A DNA stretch of 64,000 nt from assembly GCA_964577995.1 (NCBI GenBank), contig CAZOBP010000001.1, forward strand, positions 2,229-66,228, in the 5' to 3' direction. The position numbers and the translations under genes are program-made. Below, piece after piece: positions 37,251-47,267 of the stretch (position 1 is the stretch's first letter; the number at the start of each line of letters is the position of its first letter). Source of the stretch: an uncultured Anaerolineales bacterium. GTDB lineage: Bacteria; Chloroflexota; Anaerolineae; UBA7937; B3-Chlor. The notes under the pieces are model-generated. The model was not told the origin of the DNA, did not search any database, and was given only the letters and a program-made list of their open reading frames with translations.

Positions 37251-38824
37251 TTCCAACCGGACCATCCCTTCCGCCGGTAGACGAACAGGAACTCAAGAAG
37301 CGACGGATCGTCTGTCCACGGTATCTCCAAACGCTCGTACAGGTCAGATCCTTCGAGGAAGGGCGCTGTGGCGACGATCAGGTCGGGACCCCGCCACATG
37401 ATGTAGTCGAAGTCGAACTTTTCGTGGCCGGGTACTCCTTCCCCCATCGTCTCAACCTCCAGATGACCAGTATGCACGTCGTTCACCCCGAACATGTCAA
37501 GCGTCTGGAGGTCGGCGTAGTAGGGGATCTGACCCGCCGCGTCCACGGCGATGAAGGTGTCGCGAGGAACGTTGTCACGTAGCCACTGTCCCATGGCCAC
37601 TCGCGCGTGCGATGCTTTGGCAGCCTGGAATCCACCCACATACAACTCGTGCTCACCCCTGAGCGACGACGACCGGAAGAGGATCGCACCGCCAGCCAGC
37701 AGACACCCCACCGCGGCACATCGCAGAGACTGCATGGCCCCACGGGAAGTCGTCAGCCGCCGCAGCCACTCCGCTAGCGTGTTGTAGGCCTCTGCGATTC
37801 CAGTGGCCAGCAGAATGTACGCGAACGGCAGTATCGGTACGAAGAACCGGCCTACCGACCAATCGCCGCCCACGTACACGATGTAGCCAAGATAGACTAG
37901 CAAGACCGACCATAAGGCTGTACACCAGAAAGCGGTCCGCCTCTTCAGTACCGCAACCAGGAGCAGTGGGGCCATCAGCCAACCCTGATGCAAACGCGCA
38001 AAGGTGGCAAGGTGTCGCAGCCCCCTTTCCTGTTGGGCAGTGCTGTCCTGCACTGTGACCTTGACGTAGAACGTGTTGGGCAGGAGAAAACCGTAGTAGT
38101 AGTACCTCCACAAGAAATACGGCAGGTAGAAAATCGCAAAAGCGCCCCACCTGACCACGTCTCCCTCAGTCAACAGTTGCCTGCCCGTGATCAGGCGTGC
38201 CACCGCCTGGTGCACCACCACCACGCCCAGCACGAGCACTCCTTCTGGCCTGGTCATTGCCGCCAGCGCCAGTAGAGCACCCGAGAGAAATCCTGGCTTT
38301 CCCGTGCGCCACTCCCACAGGTAGGAGGTGAGTGCAGCGAGGATCAGGAACGAGAACATGGAGGTCTCCATGCCACTCACCGCCCAGAGGGCAAACGACC
38401 CATCCAAGGCCAGACAGAAGGTGGCGACCATCGGTATCACCGGGTTTCTGAGCGAGGCCACGCGGGCGAACCGGAATACCAGCCACAAGGTCCCCAGACT
38501 GAAAAGCATGCCCAGGCCGATAGTAGCAGCCGACGGATCGAAACCCAACCACAGGAAGAGAGCAACGACTACCGTCCACAGAAGATTGGTGTATCCCTCG
38601 ACCCGTTCACCGGGGTTGAACACCAACCCGTGTCCTCCCACGAGGTTCTGAGCGTATCTGAAGGAGATGTAGGCATCGTCCACGGCGTATGCGCCCAGGT
38701 CTTGGTAGTAGAACGCCTGATGGGCGAGCAGAAGCAGGCAAGCTATCGCCAAGTAGACCCATGGACGCCTCAGCAGCCTCGATTGCACTGTCACCACCAA
38801 CTCACTCATGGTCTCCGCCCGCAC
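37247..38824 (-). CDS. GT-C fold polytopic membrane glycosyltransferase (arabinosyl/mannosyltransferase-like)
   Basis: About 12 TM helices. First-loop motif YAVDDAYISFRYAQNLVGGHGLVFNPGERVEGYTNLLW. Confidence 0.65.
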   Translation of the reverse strand: MRAETMSELVVTVQSRLLRRPWVYLAIACLLLLAHQAFYYQDLGAYAVDDAYISFRYAQNLVGGHGLVFNPGERVEGYTNLLWTVVVALFLWLGFDPSAATIGLGMLFSLGTLWLVFRFARVASLRNPVIPMVATFCLALDGSFALWAVSGMETSMFSFLILAALTSYLWEWRTGKPGFLSGALLALAAMTRPEGVLVLGVVVVHQAVARLITGRQLLTEGDVVRWGAFAIFYLPYFLWRYYYYGFLLPNTFYVKVTVQDSTAQQERGLRHLATFARLHQGWLMAPLLLVAVLKRRTAFWCTALWSVLLVYLGYIVYVGGDWSVGRFFVPILPFAYILLATGIAEAYNTLAEWLRRLTTSRGAMQSLRCAAVGCLLAGGAILFRSSSLRGEHELYVGGFQAAKASHARVAMGQWLRDNVPRDTFIAVDAAGQIPYYADLQTLDMFGVNDVHTGHLEVETMGEGVPGHEKFDFDYIMWRGPDLIVATAPFLEGSDLYERLEIPWTDDPSLLEFLFVYRRKGWSGWK

Positions 38825-39587
38825 GTGGAGAGGCTATCAGCTCTCCCGAGTACCTTTCCCATTCGCTGTACACACAACCACAGTACTGTTGACGATAGAG
38901 ATCATGCTCGCGAGTCAACCGTCCCCTCTCCGACCATCCTCTCCGGAGATTCTCGAAATGGAAGTCCACACCGTGCTCGCTGGCCGCTGCCATGCCGGCC
39001 TCATGGATCTGCTCTTGGTCCTGATGTGGACTGATCAAGAGCGTGGTCGTGAAGGCGTCGAAACCTTGCTCGGCGGCCGCCTGCGCCGTCTTGGTGAGCC
39101 TCATCGCATAGCAGAGGCGACACCGCTCCCCGTGGGCCTCGTGGCCAACCACAGCGCGCAGGAACTCACGCATCTCGTAGGCTTCTCCGCGTAGCAGCGG
39201 CAAGTCCACAGATGCAGCGTATGCCTCCATGGCAGCCAACCTCTTCTCATGCTCCATGAAGGGATGGATATTGGGGTTGTACCAAAAGCCTGTTACCTCG
39301 AAGCCTTCTTCCCGCAGCCGGTCGATGCTGTAGGTCGAGCACGGCCCACAGCACGTGTGCAGCAGGATCCTCCTACCCTCGCCGACACCCTGGAGTTCCT
39401 CTGGTTCAGACTCGGGGGGCAGCTCGACAGCATAGAGCAACTGAACGGTCAGAGGGTCCTCACAGACAACACGGGCCTTGCCCTGAGCGACCAGCGCCGT
39501 GGCTCTTTCGGGGGAGCAAGAAGAGAGTGGCCTGTGGTTGCTGTCGAGAACCCGCACCGTCTTCATCTTGGCCTCAGCAAGGTTCAC
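38802..39587 (-). CDS. queH: Epoxyqueuosine reductase QueH (DUF208) with an extra N-terminal PLMP/RRXRR-like domain
   Basis: QueH core [46 protein letters not shown]-terminal 50 aa [40 protein letters not shown]. The GTG start overlaps the ruvB stop (GTGA). Confidence 0.8.
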   Translation of the reverse strand: MNLAEAKMKTVRVLDSNHRPLSSCSPERATALVAQGKARVVCEDPLTVQLLYAVELPPESEPEELQGVGEGRRILLHTCCGPCSTYSIDRLREEGFEVTGFWYNPNIHPFMEHEKRLAAMEAYAASVDLPLLRGEAYEMREFLRAVVGHEAHGERCRLCYAMRLTKTAQAAAEQGFDAFTTTLLISPHQDQEQIHEAGMAAASEHGVDFHFENLRRGWSERGRLTREHDLYRQQYCGCVYSEWERYSGELIASPRAGGDHE

Positions 39588-40609
39588 AGCAATCGGGCCT
39601 GCGGAGGCTCCTTATCGTAGGGGATGCCCAGGTGCCCGTAGGCCAGCTTGGTGGCCACTCTACCTCGGGGCGTACGGTCTATGAAACCTAGCTGAAGCAG
39701 GTATGGCTCGTACACATCCATGATCGTGTCCGCCTCTTCGCAGATCGACGCCGCGATAGTGTCCAGCCCTACCGGTCCACCACCGAATTTCACGATGATC
39801 GTCTCGATGACCCGCCGATCTATGTCGTCCAGTCCCAGCGCGTCTATCTCCAGCATCCTCAGGGCCTGATGAGCTACTTCTTGGGTAATCACACCATCTG
39901 CTCGCACCTGAGCATAGTCCCGTACACGTCTGAGCAGGCGGTTGGCCACACGCGGCGTCCCTCTGGCGCGTCTGGAGACCTCTTCCACCCCACCCACGTC
40001 GATCTCCACCCCCAACAAGAGTGCGGAGCGCTCGACGATACACCCCATTTCCGCCCGGTCGTAGAAATCGAGACGGCGCACAACTCCGAAGCGATCTCGG
40101 AGTGGTGCGGTCAGCAAGGCGATGCGAGTCGTGGCTCCGATGACCGTGAAGCGCGGCAAGGGCAGGTGGATGGTCTTGGCGCTGGGTCCCTTCCCTATAA
40201 CGATGTCCAATGCGTAGTCTTCCATGGCAGGATACAGCCGCTCTTCCACGGGTCTGCTGAGTCGGTGCACCTCGTCTATGAACAGTATGTCCCGTTGGCC
40301 CAGATTGGTGATTATCGCAGCCAGGTCCCCTGCTCGCTCCAGAGCCGGACCCGAGGTCACGGTGATCTTGACGCCCATCTCCAGAGCTACGATGTGAGCC
40401 AGTGTGGTCTTTCCCAACCCGGGGGGACCGTACAGCAGGACGTGGTCGAGGGCATCGCCTCTGCTCGTGGCGGCCTCTAGAAGAATGCGGATGTTCTCCT
40501 TCGTCTTCGACTGCCCTATGAATTCCTCCAGGCTGCGGGGCCTCAGACTCGTTTCGTGCATCCGCTCCTCGCCCGCGGCACGTGGAGACACTACCCGCTG
40601 TTCTGCCAC
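39584..40609 (-). CDS. ruvB: Holliday junction branch migration helicase RuvB
   Basis: [12 protein letters not shown], Walker [41 protein letters not shown]. Start placed at GTG 40609 after GGGAGG; the ORF extends to 40690. Confidence 0.9.
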   Translation of the reverse strand: MAEQRVVSPRAAGEERMHETSLRPRSLEEFIGQSKTKENIRILLEAATSRGDALDHVLLYGPPGLGKTTLAHIVALEMGVKITVTSGPALERAGDLAAIITNLGQRDILFIDEVHRLSRPVEERLYPAMEDYALDIVIGKGPSAKTIHLPLPRFTVIGATTRIALLTAPLRDRFGVVRRLDFYDRAEMGCIVERSALLLGVEIDVGGVEEVSRRARGTPRVANRLLRRVRDYAQVRADGVITQEVAHQALRMLEIDALGLDDIDRRVIETIIVKFGGGPVGLDTIAASICEEADTIMDVYEPYLLQLGFIDRTPRGRVATKLAYGHLGIPYDKEPPQARLL

Positions 40610-40764
40610 GACTACCTCCCGGTCGCCTTCAAGCCGTACGAGCGTATTATACCAGAGGGGCATCGTCTGGGAAAGCTCTGAAGCGCACACAGCAAGAAAG
40701 GGAGATTTCGCCAGGTTCTGCTAGGATCAAGGAGATTTCGGGCGCTCGCATACGCCAGGGTGCA

Positions 40765-40793
40765 TTGACACCGCCAGCAAAATACAGTATATA
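40765..40793 (+). promoter_or_regulatory. Promoter TTGACA-17-TATATA for the DksA/TraR-like gene
   Basis: TTGACA is at 40765-40770 and TATATA at 40788-40793. Confidence 0.45.
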
Positions 40794-40815
40794 GTATAGG
40801 TCCACATGTCACACG

Positions 40816-41265
40816 GTGTTGGCGAAGCGGATGCCCGCTGTCCGAATCACAGCGGGCCATTTGGGTTTAGAAGAGGATGATCGGGAGGACGTCTTGACCG
40901 AGGACAAGTGGAAGCAGGTCAGGGAAAAGCTTGAGGCCGCCCAGCAAGAAACAGTGGCCGAGATCAGTCGCTTGAGCGAGGTGCTGAAGTCCGAGCTAGA
41001 CGCCGACCCTGAGGAGGGAGATCCAGACCTGTACGAACGCGAGAAGACGCTCGCTCTTCTGGGGAACTTGGAGGAGAAACAGTACTCCCTATCCCACGCA
41101 CTAGCTAAGATGGACGACGGTACCTACGGCAAATGCGAGGTCTGTGGTCAGGACATCATTCCCGAGCGTCTCGAAGCTCTGCCGTACACCACCTACTGCG
41201 TGCAGTGCAAGGCACTGGTGGAGAGGGGTGTCATTGCCGGACCGTCCACACAGCTAGCTCGCTGA
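40816..41265 (+). CDS. DksA/TraR family C4 zinc-finger protein
   Basis: Coiled-coil N-terminus. CEVCGQDIIPERLEALPYTTYCVQC. The true start may be TTG 40894, which has GGGAGGA upstream. Confidence 0.7.
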   Translation: MLAKRMPAVRITAGHLGLEEDDREDVLTEDKWKQVREKLEAAQQETVAEISRLSEVLKSELDADPEEGDPDLYEREKTLALLGNLEEKQYSLSHALAKMDDGTYGKCEVCGQDIIPERLEALPYTTYCVQCKALVERGVIAGPSTQLAR

Positions 41266-43044
41266 CACCGGCCAAACTACACGCCCCTCCTTGACATCGC
41301 GCAGCCCCTGGGGTGTCAACCGTATCCACGGTAGCGTGGAGAAGGTCAGGAATCCAATCGTGAACACTGGATTGTCCAGATGGCATCCCATATCCCGGAG
41401 TATCCCGTTCATTCGCGCTATCTGACCAGCCAGTACCCCGAGTGGCTCCACAGACATCACGCCCCCGATGGGAAGCGGTATCTCAGACAGAACTTCTCCG
41501 TCGTGTGCTAGCACCAGACCGCCACCTAGCTCCTGCATGTGTTGGAAGGCCAGCACCATGTCTTCCTCTCGACGACCGATGACCATCGGCCGATGCGGCT
41601 CATGCGCCACACTGGAGGCAAGCCCGCCAACAGGCGCACCGAGGCCCGTCAGGAACGCAGTCCTGAAGCCGGGCAGGTCCGCGTTCAGCAAGGCGATCTT
41701 GAGCACGTCACTGTCATCGGCCAGCCGAATGTGACCGTTGCGAACGGGGAGGGAGACGTCTTGGCGCTCAGTGATGGTCCGATCCAAGATGTGAATCGCC
41801 GGCACGGTGATCCAATCCGCGAGTTCCGGGCTCCGGACCTCGAAGTCCCTGGCGTCCACGCTCCTGGGAAGCACCCGGTGGGGCAGCCAGGCCAGCCGGA
41901 GCGCCTCGGCCGGTAGGGAAGGTTGCTCTATTGCCGACTCGCCGTCCCTGGCTGCGACGCGGCCACTCGCGATCACCAGTCTAGGCGTCACTTCTCTCAG
42001 ATCATCCACCACCAGTATGTCCGCTAGTCTACCGGGCGCGATACCGCCGATTTGCGCGTCCAGACCCAGGTATCTGGCCGGATTCACGGTAGCCATCTGG
42101 ATGGCGACCATCGGTCGGATTCCTTGCTCCATGGCCGTACGCACCAGGCTATCCATGTAGCCTCGCTCGAGTATCGAGGGCGGATCCATCCAGTCCGGGG
42201 TGAGCATCACTCTGGCCGTATCCACACTGGGCTCCCCCGCCACGAACTCCGCCAGGTGCTCCAGGTCCTGTCGGATGGAACCGTGACGCAGCATGATGTG
42301 CAATCCCAGCCGGAGTCTGTCCCTGGCCTCCCGCGCGTTGATCGCCTCGTGGCACGAGGTCAACCCTGCCGCCACCAGCGCGCCGAGCTTCTCGTAGGAC
42401 GCCCCCGGAGTATGCCCCTCGATCCGTTGCTCCAAACGTCGCGCGACGGCGAACTTGCGAAGCAGGTCCTCGTCGCCGGAGATGACCCTGGGCCACGGAG
42501 TCACCTCGCTGACAGCCCTCATCTCCGGCCTCCTCAGGCACTTCTCCACCTCCTCCAGCGTGAGCACCGGCTCGCCCTCTATCTCCGGGAGGGGCGGTGT
42601 GGCCACAGGAACACTGAAGAAGAACTTCAAAGGCAGGTCCCTGGTAATCTCCACGAGCATCTCCAGGGCCCTCAGCCCCAGAGCTCCAACCGCGTCGTGG
42701 GGATCGGCCATCAAGGCGGTCGTGCCGGCGGCGAGGAGATGCGGAGTCAACGTCAAGGGGTTGGCGAAGAAGTCCACATGCGCGTGAGCATCCACGAAGC
42801 CAGGGACAAGAAAGGATCCCTCGACGTCTATCACTTCGGTCTCGGAGCCTACCTCCCTTGCTGGCGGACCCGCGTAGGCTATGTGTTTCCCCCAGACGAG
42901 GATCTGTTGACCGTCGAGTATCTCGCCGGAATACACGTTGACGAGCCTGCCGTTGAGCAAGCAAAGATCCGGCTCTCGTCTGCCCAGAGCAACCTCCATC
43001 AGTGTTCTTCTGCTCTCCAGAGTGTCCTCACTATCCACCATCAT
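41254..43044 (-). CDS. Adenine deaminase family amidohydrolase
   Basis: 596 aa. LLNGRLVNVYSGEI, VIDVEGSFLVPGFVDAHAHV. Length and layout resemble Ade. The substrate has not been verified. Confidence 0.65.
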   Translation of the reverse strand: MMVDSEDTLESRRTLMEVALGRREPDLCLLNGRLVNVYSGEILDGQQILVWGKHIAYAGPPAREVGSETEVIDVEGSFLVPGFVDAHAHVDFFANPLTLTPHLLAAGTTALMADPHDAVGALGLRALEMLVEITRDLPLKFFFSVPVATPPLPEIEGEPVLTLEEVEKCLRRPEMRAVSEVTPWPRVISGDEDLLRKFAVARRLEQRIEGHTPGASYEKLGALVAAGLTSCHEAINAREARDRLRLGLHIMLRHGSIRQDLEHLAEFVAGEPSVDTARVMLTPDWMDPPSILERGYMDSLVRTAMEQGIRPMVAIQMATVNPARYLGLDAQIGGIAPGRLADILVVDDLREVTPRLVIASGRVAARDGESAIEQPSLPAEALRLAWLPHRVLPRSVDARDFEVRSPELADWITVPAIHILDRTITERQDVSLPVRNGHIRLADDSDVLKIALLNADLPGFRTAFLTGLGAPVGGLASSVAHEPHRPMVIGRREEDMVLAFQHMQELGGGLVLAHDGEVLSEIPLPIGGVMSVEPLGVLAGQIARMNGILRDMGCHLDNPVFTIGFLTFSTLPWIRLTPQGLRDVKEGRVVWPVSAS

Positions 43045-43883
43045 CGTCGCAAGCCCAGCAATCGGGCAGCATTCCCTCCCAGGATCTTGGCCTTGCTCTC
43101 CTCGCTCAGGGGCAGACTACGGATATCTGCGATGTTGCCCTTGATATCGGTGAGGGCGGGCCAGTCCGAACCGAAGATGATCTTATCCGCGTTCCTCTCC
43201 AGGTTGGGGAAGTAGGTAGGCAGCTTCAGCGGCGGAAGGCCCGTGATTTCCATGTACACATTTTCGTGCAACTGGGCCAGGAAGAACGCTGCGTCGTACC
43301 AGAAGCCTCGCCCACTATGGGCCATGAGGATCACAAGCTCCGGGAAATCGACCACCACGTCATCCACGTACAGCGGATCGCCATACTTCAGTCGTGCCCC
43401 GTGGAACACCGATGAGCCGGTATGGACCAGGATTGGCACTCCCAGCCTCTGGGCCTCGGCATACATGGGGTACAAGCGGCTGTCGTTGACGTAGAAGTGC
43501 TGGTAGGTGGGGTACAGCTTCAGCCCTCGACAGCCGATATCGCTGATACAGTGGCGCAATTCGCTCCCCAGGTCGGCAGTGACGTAGGGATTGATGTTCG
43601 CGAAAGGTATGAGCCGGTCACTAGCCTCGCAGAACTCCGCCACTCGCTCGTTAGGGCTGGTGCCGGTGATCGACGGGTTGGTCTCGGCCAGGGCTACCGC
43701 GTAGTCCACCCCCTGCTCGTCCAGATAGTCGAGCATCGCCTGTGGGCTGCTCAACACCCGACGGAGATGAACGATGGTCTCCTCGCCTGCATGCTCTCTG
43801 AGCCAGCCGCAGAACCAATCGCTGTACTCGTCGGCCGTGGTCACGTGGAAGTGGAAATCAACGACTGGCGGATTCATAACCAT
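43041..43883 (-). CDS. Amidohydrolase_2-type TIM-barrel metal-dependent hydrolase
   Basis: VVDFHFHV at the N-terminus, HTGSS, MAHSG, GSDWP. The stop overlaps the downstream start (ATGA at 43041-43044). Confidence 0.7.
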   Translation of the reverse strand: MVMNPPVVDFHFHVTTADEYSDWFCGWLREHAGEETIVHLRRVLSSPQAMLDYLDEQGVDYAVALAETNPSITGTSPNERVAEFCEASDRLIPFANINPYVTADLGSELRHCISDIGCRGLKLYPTYQHFYVNDSRLYPMYAEAQRLGVPILVHTGSSVFHGARLKYGDPLYVDDVVVDFPELVILMAHSGRGFWYDAAFFLAQLHENVYMEITGLPPLKLPTYFPNLERNADKIIFGSDWPALTDIKGNIADIRSLPLSEESKAKILGGNAARLLGLRR

Positions 43884-44776
43884 GGTTGCACCCGCTCCAG
43901 ACTCTCCAGCAAGTCGTCTTCGTTGTTCACCTCTAGGATCACCACTCCCCCGTAGCCTCCTTCATCCAGTCTATTCATCAGCGCCACATAGTCCACCGAG
44001 CCTCTTCCCAGCGGCAAGTGATCTCTCGTGGCGGGGACGCGCCCGCCCACAGCCATGGCGTCGTGTAGGTGTATCTCGCCTATGAGCCCCCAATACCGAT
44101 CGAGGAACTCCAGCGGATCTCCGCCTTGTACGGCAAGGTGTCCCACGTCGAAACAGATCTTCGTCCCCTGCCGCTCCACCAGTGGCGCGAACAACTCGAA
44201 AGGGATTCGCTCCAGGTTCTCCACACACAGCTCATCCAGACAAATCACGCCGCCCAGCTCCCCCAGGGTGCGCTCGGCACTCCGCAAGATCTCGCCCAGG
44301 AGCTGCTGCTTCTCCCCTTCCGGCATCTGTTGAAGCGTCCCCAGCAGCGAAGTCCAGACACCCCACAAGTGAACCACGTAGGATTCGATGGACAGGCCCC
44401 GCGTCGCCTCCAGCACCTGCGACATACACATCACGGTGGCCTGACGCACCGGCTCCGCGAGGCTGGCACCGTCGAGCCATAGGAACGGTAAGTGGATACT
44501 GCACGCGAAGCCCAGTTCTCTCTGCAACTCCGCCACCTGCTCGTAGTAGCCCTTGCCGAACGCATCAGGGTATAGAGTCGTGAAATCGCCATTCAATTCG
44601 ACAGCGCTCACCTGCAACTCCTCCACGAGTCGACGGATGGCGCGCAGATGCGCCTCCCTCGCGTCTCGAGACCCGCTGCCCTTCAAACCCCAGCCCACCA
44701 ATGGGATCACCCCGGCGCCCAACTTCACGATCCGTTTCCCTTCTCCGAGTCGAGCCAGGAGGAGATGCCCCTGCAC
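43874..44776 (-). CDS. Sugar phosphate isomerase/epimerase (xylose isomerase-like TIM barrel)
   Basis: AP_endonuc_2-like pattern: VELNGDF, HLPF, VHLWG, CVENL, FDVGH, EIHLHD, ILEV. The exact start is uncertain because it overlaps the mazG-like gene. Confidence 0.65.
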   Translation of the reverse strand: MQGHLLLARLGEGKRIVKLGAGVIPLVGWGLKGSGSRDAREAHLRAIRRLVEELQVSAVELNGDFTTLYPDAFGKGYYEQVAELQRELGFACSIHLPFLWLDGASLAEPVRQATVMCMSQVLEATRGLSIESYVVHLWGVWTSLLGTLQQMPEGEKQQLLGEILRSAERTLGELGGVICLDELCVENLERIPFELFAPLVERQGTKICFDVGHLAVQGGDPLEFLDRYWGLIGEIHLHDAMAVGGRVPATRDHLPLGRGSVDYVALMNRLDEGGYGGVVILEVNNEDDLLESLERVQPWL

Positions 44777-45135
44777 TCCTCTTCAGGGTACTTCTCGGCA
44801 TTCTTGGCCAGCTTGTCCAGTACCGCAGTGGTCACGTCAAGTTCGACTGAGTTGGCGAAGCTGAGAGCATAGATAAGAACATCCGCCAGTTCCTCTGCAA
44901 TTCTCGCTACGCTGCCATCATCATCCGCCTGCCTACGCGCCTCATCGGACTCCAGCCACAAGAACTCCTCCATGAGTTCGGCCGCCTCGATGGCGATGGC
45001 CATGCTCAGGTTCTTGGGAGTGTGGAACTGCTCCCACTCCCGCCTGTCCCTGAACTCCCTCACCGCTCGTCTGAGACTCTCAAGGGTGGTGTTGCTGTCA
45101 TCCATCGTACTCACACCAAACCGGTTCCGTGTCAT
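44725..45135 (-). CDS. MazG-like nucleotide pyrophosphohydrolase (small all-alpha NTP-PPase)
   Basis: FRDRREWEQFHTPKNLSMAIAIEAAELMEEFLW...ELADVLIYALSFAN. The start could instead be the internal ATG at 45105. Confidence 0.75.
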   Translation of the reverse strand: MTRNRFGVSTMDDSNTTLESLRRAVREFRDRREWEQFHTPKNLSMAIAIEAAELMEEFLWLESDEARRQADDDGSVARIAEELADVLIYALSFANSVELDVTTAVLDKLAKNAEKYPEEECRGISSWLDSEKGNGS

Positions 45136-46381
45136 CGAAGGCGTTGTCCGTCAGGCGCATCTGGTCGCTGCCGTCTTGGCGCACGAGGTAGATCTCTCGG
45201 GCGTCGAGGCCCTCCCCCCGACCCGTGTAGGCTACGCACACTATCCACTCGCCGTCAGGCGACCACTGAGCCTGCTCCGCTCCTGAGGGAAACGACGTGA
45301 TACGCCTCTGGTCGCTTGCGTCCGCATTCATGATGTATATCTGCTGGTTGCCTTCCCGGTCCGAGGTGAAGGCGATCAAATCGCTGTTCGGTGACCAGGC
45401 TGGATACGAGTCCAGTCCGGGGTTCTCCGTCAGCCTGGAGATGGCTCCATCCTGAACGGAGATGCGGAAGATCTCCCAATTGCCCTGGCTCTGAGAGGCA
45501 AAGACCAGGAACGAGCCATCAGGAGACCAACTTGGCTGTTCCGCAAGCGAGTCCCCACTAGTGAGTTGAAACTGGCCGCCGCCATCGGGGTTCATGATGA
45601 ACAGTTGGCTCAGACCATACCGATCTGAGACGAAGCCGATGCTTTCTCCGTCCGGCGCCCAGCGGGGCGAATGATCACGCCCCAGGCTGACCGTCAGGTC
45701 CAGACTCTGGCCCGTTTCCAGTTCCACCAGGCGTATGTCAGCACCACCTGTGGGCCGGCCCGCGGTGTAGAGCATGGCACCAGTATCGCCGCACGACGGC
45801 TGACGTTTCTCTTCTGGCCCACTGGTGATACCCTCGGATTCGCCGCCATCAGTCGGCATGGTGTAGATCTCGTAATTCCCGGTACGATTGCTGGCGAAGG
45901 CAATGCGCCCTGGTGGCGCGATGGCAACCACCAGGGATCGCGACTCCACGGCTGAGCCGGTAAGATCCCGCACTCGGACGGTGACTCGATGGTGCCCCGG
46001 GAGCTGGGCCATCCAGGAATGGGTGATAGACCAATCAGTCAAGCCAGTCACGCGAGGGCTGGGCAGCGAATCGACCACAGCCCCGTCCACCAGCAACTCG
46101 GACTTGATCAGGCCTTTTCCCGTGGCCGCAGCGTGCACGACCATAGTCTCCCCCGCCACCACGATGGAGCCACTGGATGGAGAGACCATACGGAGTTCGG
46201 CAACCCCCACGCCAGAGAGTCCATAGCCCGCGATGAACACGATCAGAGCCCCACATGCCAGCACCAACGCCAGGCTGAGGGGAAGCAGTACAGCCTTCTC
46301 AGGAACGGAAACTCTCTCGGCCACGGCGCACCGTCCTGTGTACACGACACCGACTCCCAGACTCCCAAGCATGCAAAACAC
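45098..46381 (-). CDS. Membrane-anchored TolB-like PD40 beta-propeller protein with N-terminal Ig-like domain
   Basis: TM helix and an Ig-like segment. Repeated PD40 units: FASNRTGNYEIYTM, FVSDRYGLSQLFIM, FASQSQGNWEIFRI, FTSDREGNQQIYIM. Confidence 0.75.
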   Translation of the reverse strand: MFCMLGSLGVGVVYTGRCAVAERVSVPEKAVLLPLSLALVLACGALIVFIAGYGLSGVGVAELRMVSPSSGSIVVAGETMVVHAAATGKGLIKSELLVDGAVVDSLPSPRVTGLTDWSITHSWMAQLPGHHRVTVRVRDLTGSAVESRSLVVAIAPPGRIAFASNRTGNYEIYTMPTDGGESEGITSGPEEKRQPSCGDTGAMLYTAGRPTGGADIRLVELETGQSLDLTVSLGRDHSPRWAPDGESIGFVSDRYGLSQLFIMNPDGGGQFQLTSGDSLAEQPSWSPDGSFLVFASQSQGNWEIFRISVQDGAISRLTENPGLDSYPAWSPNSDLIAFTSDREGNQQIYIMNADASDQRRITSFPSGAEQAQWSPDGEWIVCVAYTGRGEGLDAREIYLVRQDGSDQMRLTDNAFDDTEPVWCEYDG

Positions 46382-46455
46382 AATCGCAGAGATCCTGAGT
46401 CAAGACCTCTGCGATCGTGACTACTTCGTGTCTTGAGGTTTGAGTTGCCAGCTCG

Positions 46456-47112
46456 CTACCCCTCGAAGGTTATGCCGTCGACGTTGAGCAAGACCTCACG
46501 GCCCGCCGTAGGCCACTTCTTCCACAACCTGATGAAGAGGGTCAGGCTCTTGGACTCAGCCTTGACATTCATGCAAAAGGAGTCCATCTCCTCACCAGGC
46601 TCGGTGCGTGGATAGACGGTGTCCCAGGGCAAGTCCGTCCAATCGTCCGCCGCCAGTGCAGACCAGTCGGTACCGCCGTGCTGGTCAATCCCCACCTGAG
46701 CAGTGTAGCCCCAGCTCATCGGATCCGGGTCTCCCGCTAGTGAGCGAAGCATGCCATGCAGGCACAGCTCATAGGTGGTGCCAGTCTCGACCGACAGCTC
46801 TTGGTAGATGCCAGCGTAACGGTCGGGGTCCGAAGCTCCCCGGCATATGGTGTTGATCTCAATCAACTGGGAATGGGCACCATCATATACCACGGGAAGC
46901 CAGGTATCGTCATGGAAGCTAGCGGTCATCTCACCGCCGTTGTCGAACTGGTGCCAACTGTAGGCAACACCATCGACGCCGAAACCGCCCTCGAAATCGC
47001 CATTGGTCACGAGGTTGTCCGCGGGTCCGGCAATGGAAGGCACGACAACGATGACCACGAGCAAGGCCAGCAACGCCAGAACGGATCCTATCCCGACTCG
47101 CACTTTCATCAC
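46456..47112 (-). CDS. Secreted jelly-roll (CBM4/9-like) protein
   Basis: Signal/TM followed by NLVTNGDFEGGFG, typical of a CBM-like beta-sandwich. No catalytic motif. Confidence 0.6.
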   Translation of the reverse strand: MMKVRVGIGSVLALLALLVVIVVVPSIAGPADNLVTNGDFEGGFGVDGVAYSWHQFDNGGEMTASFHDDTWLPVVYDGAHSQLIEINTICRGASDPDRYAGIYQELSVETGTTYELCLHGMLRSLAGDPDPMSWGYTAQVGIDQHGGTDWSALAADDWTDLPWDTVYPRTEPGEEMDSFCMNVKAESKSLTLFIRLWKKWPTAGREVLLNVDGITFEG

Positions 47113-47267
47113 TCCTCCCTTGTCACATTCTAGCCAGCCCCGACTACTGCGCCAAACATCGGGGCATGGAGACGGGCACGGAAATCACCGCAGCGTCGAA
47201 GCGGCGACCTCCCCCACGGTCACGGACATCACCTCCTTTCGGTACATATCGCTGGCAGATCTCTCGA

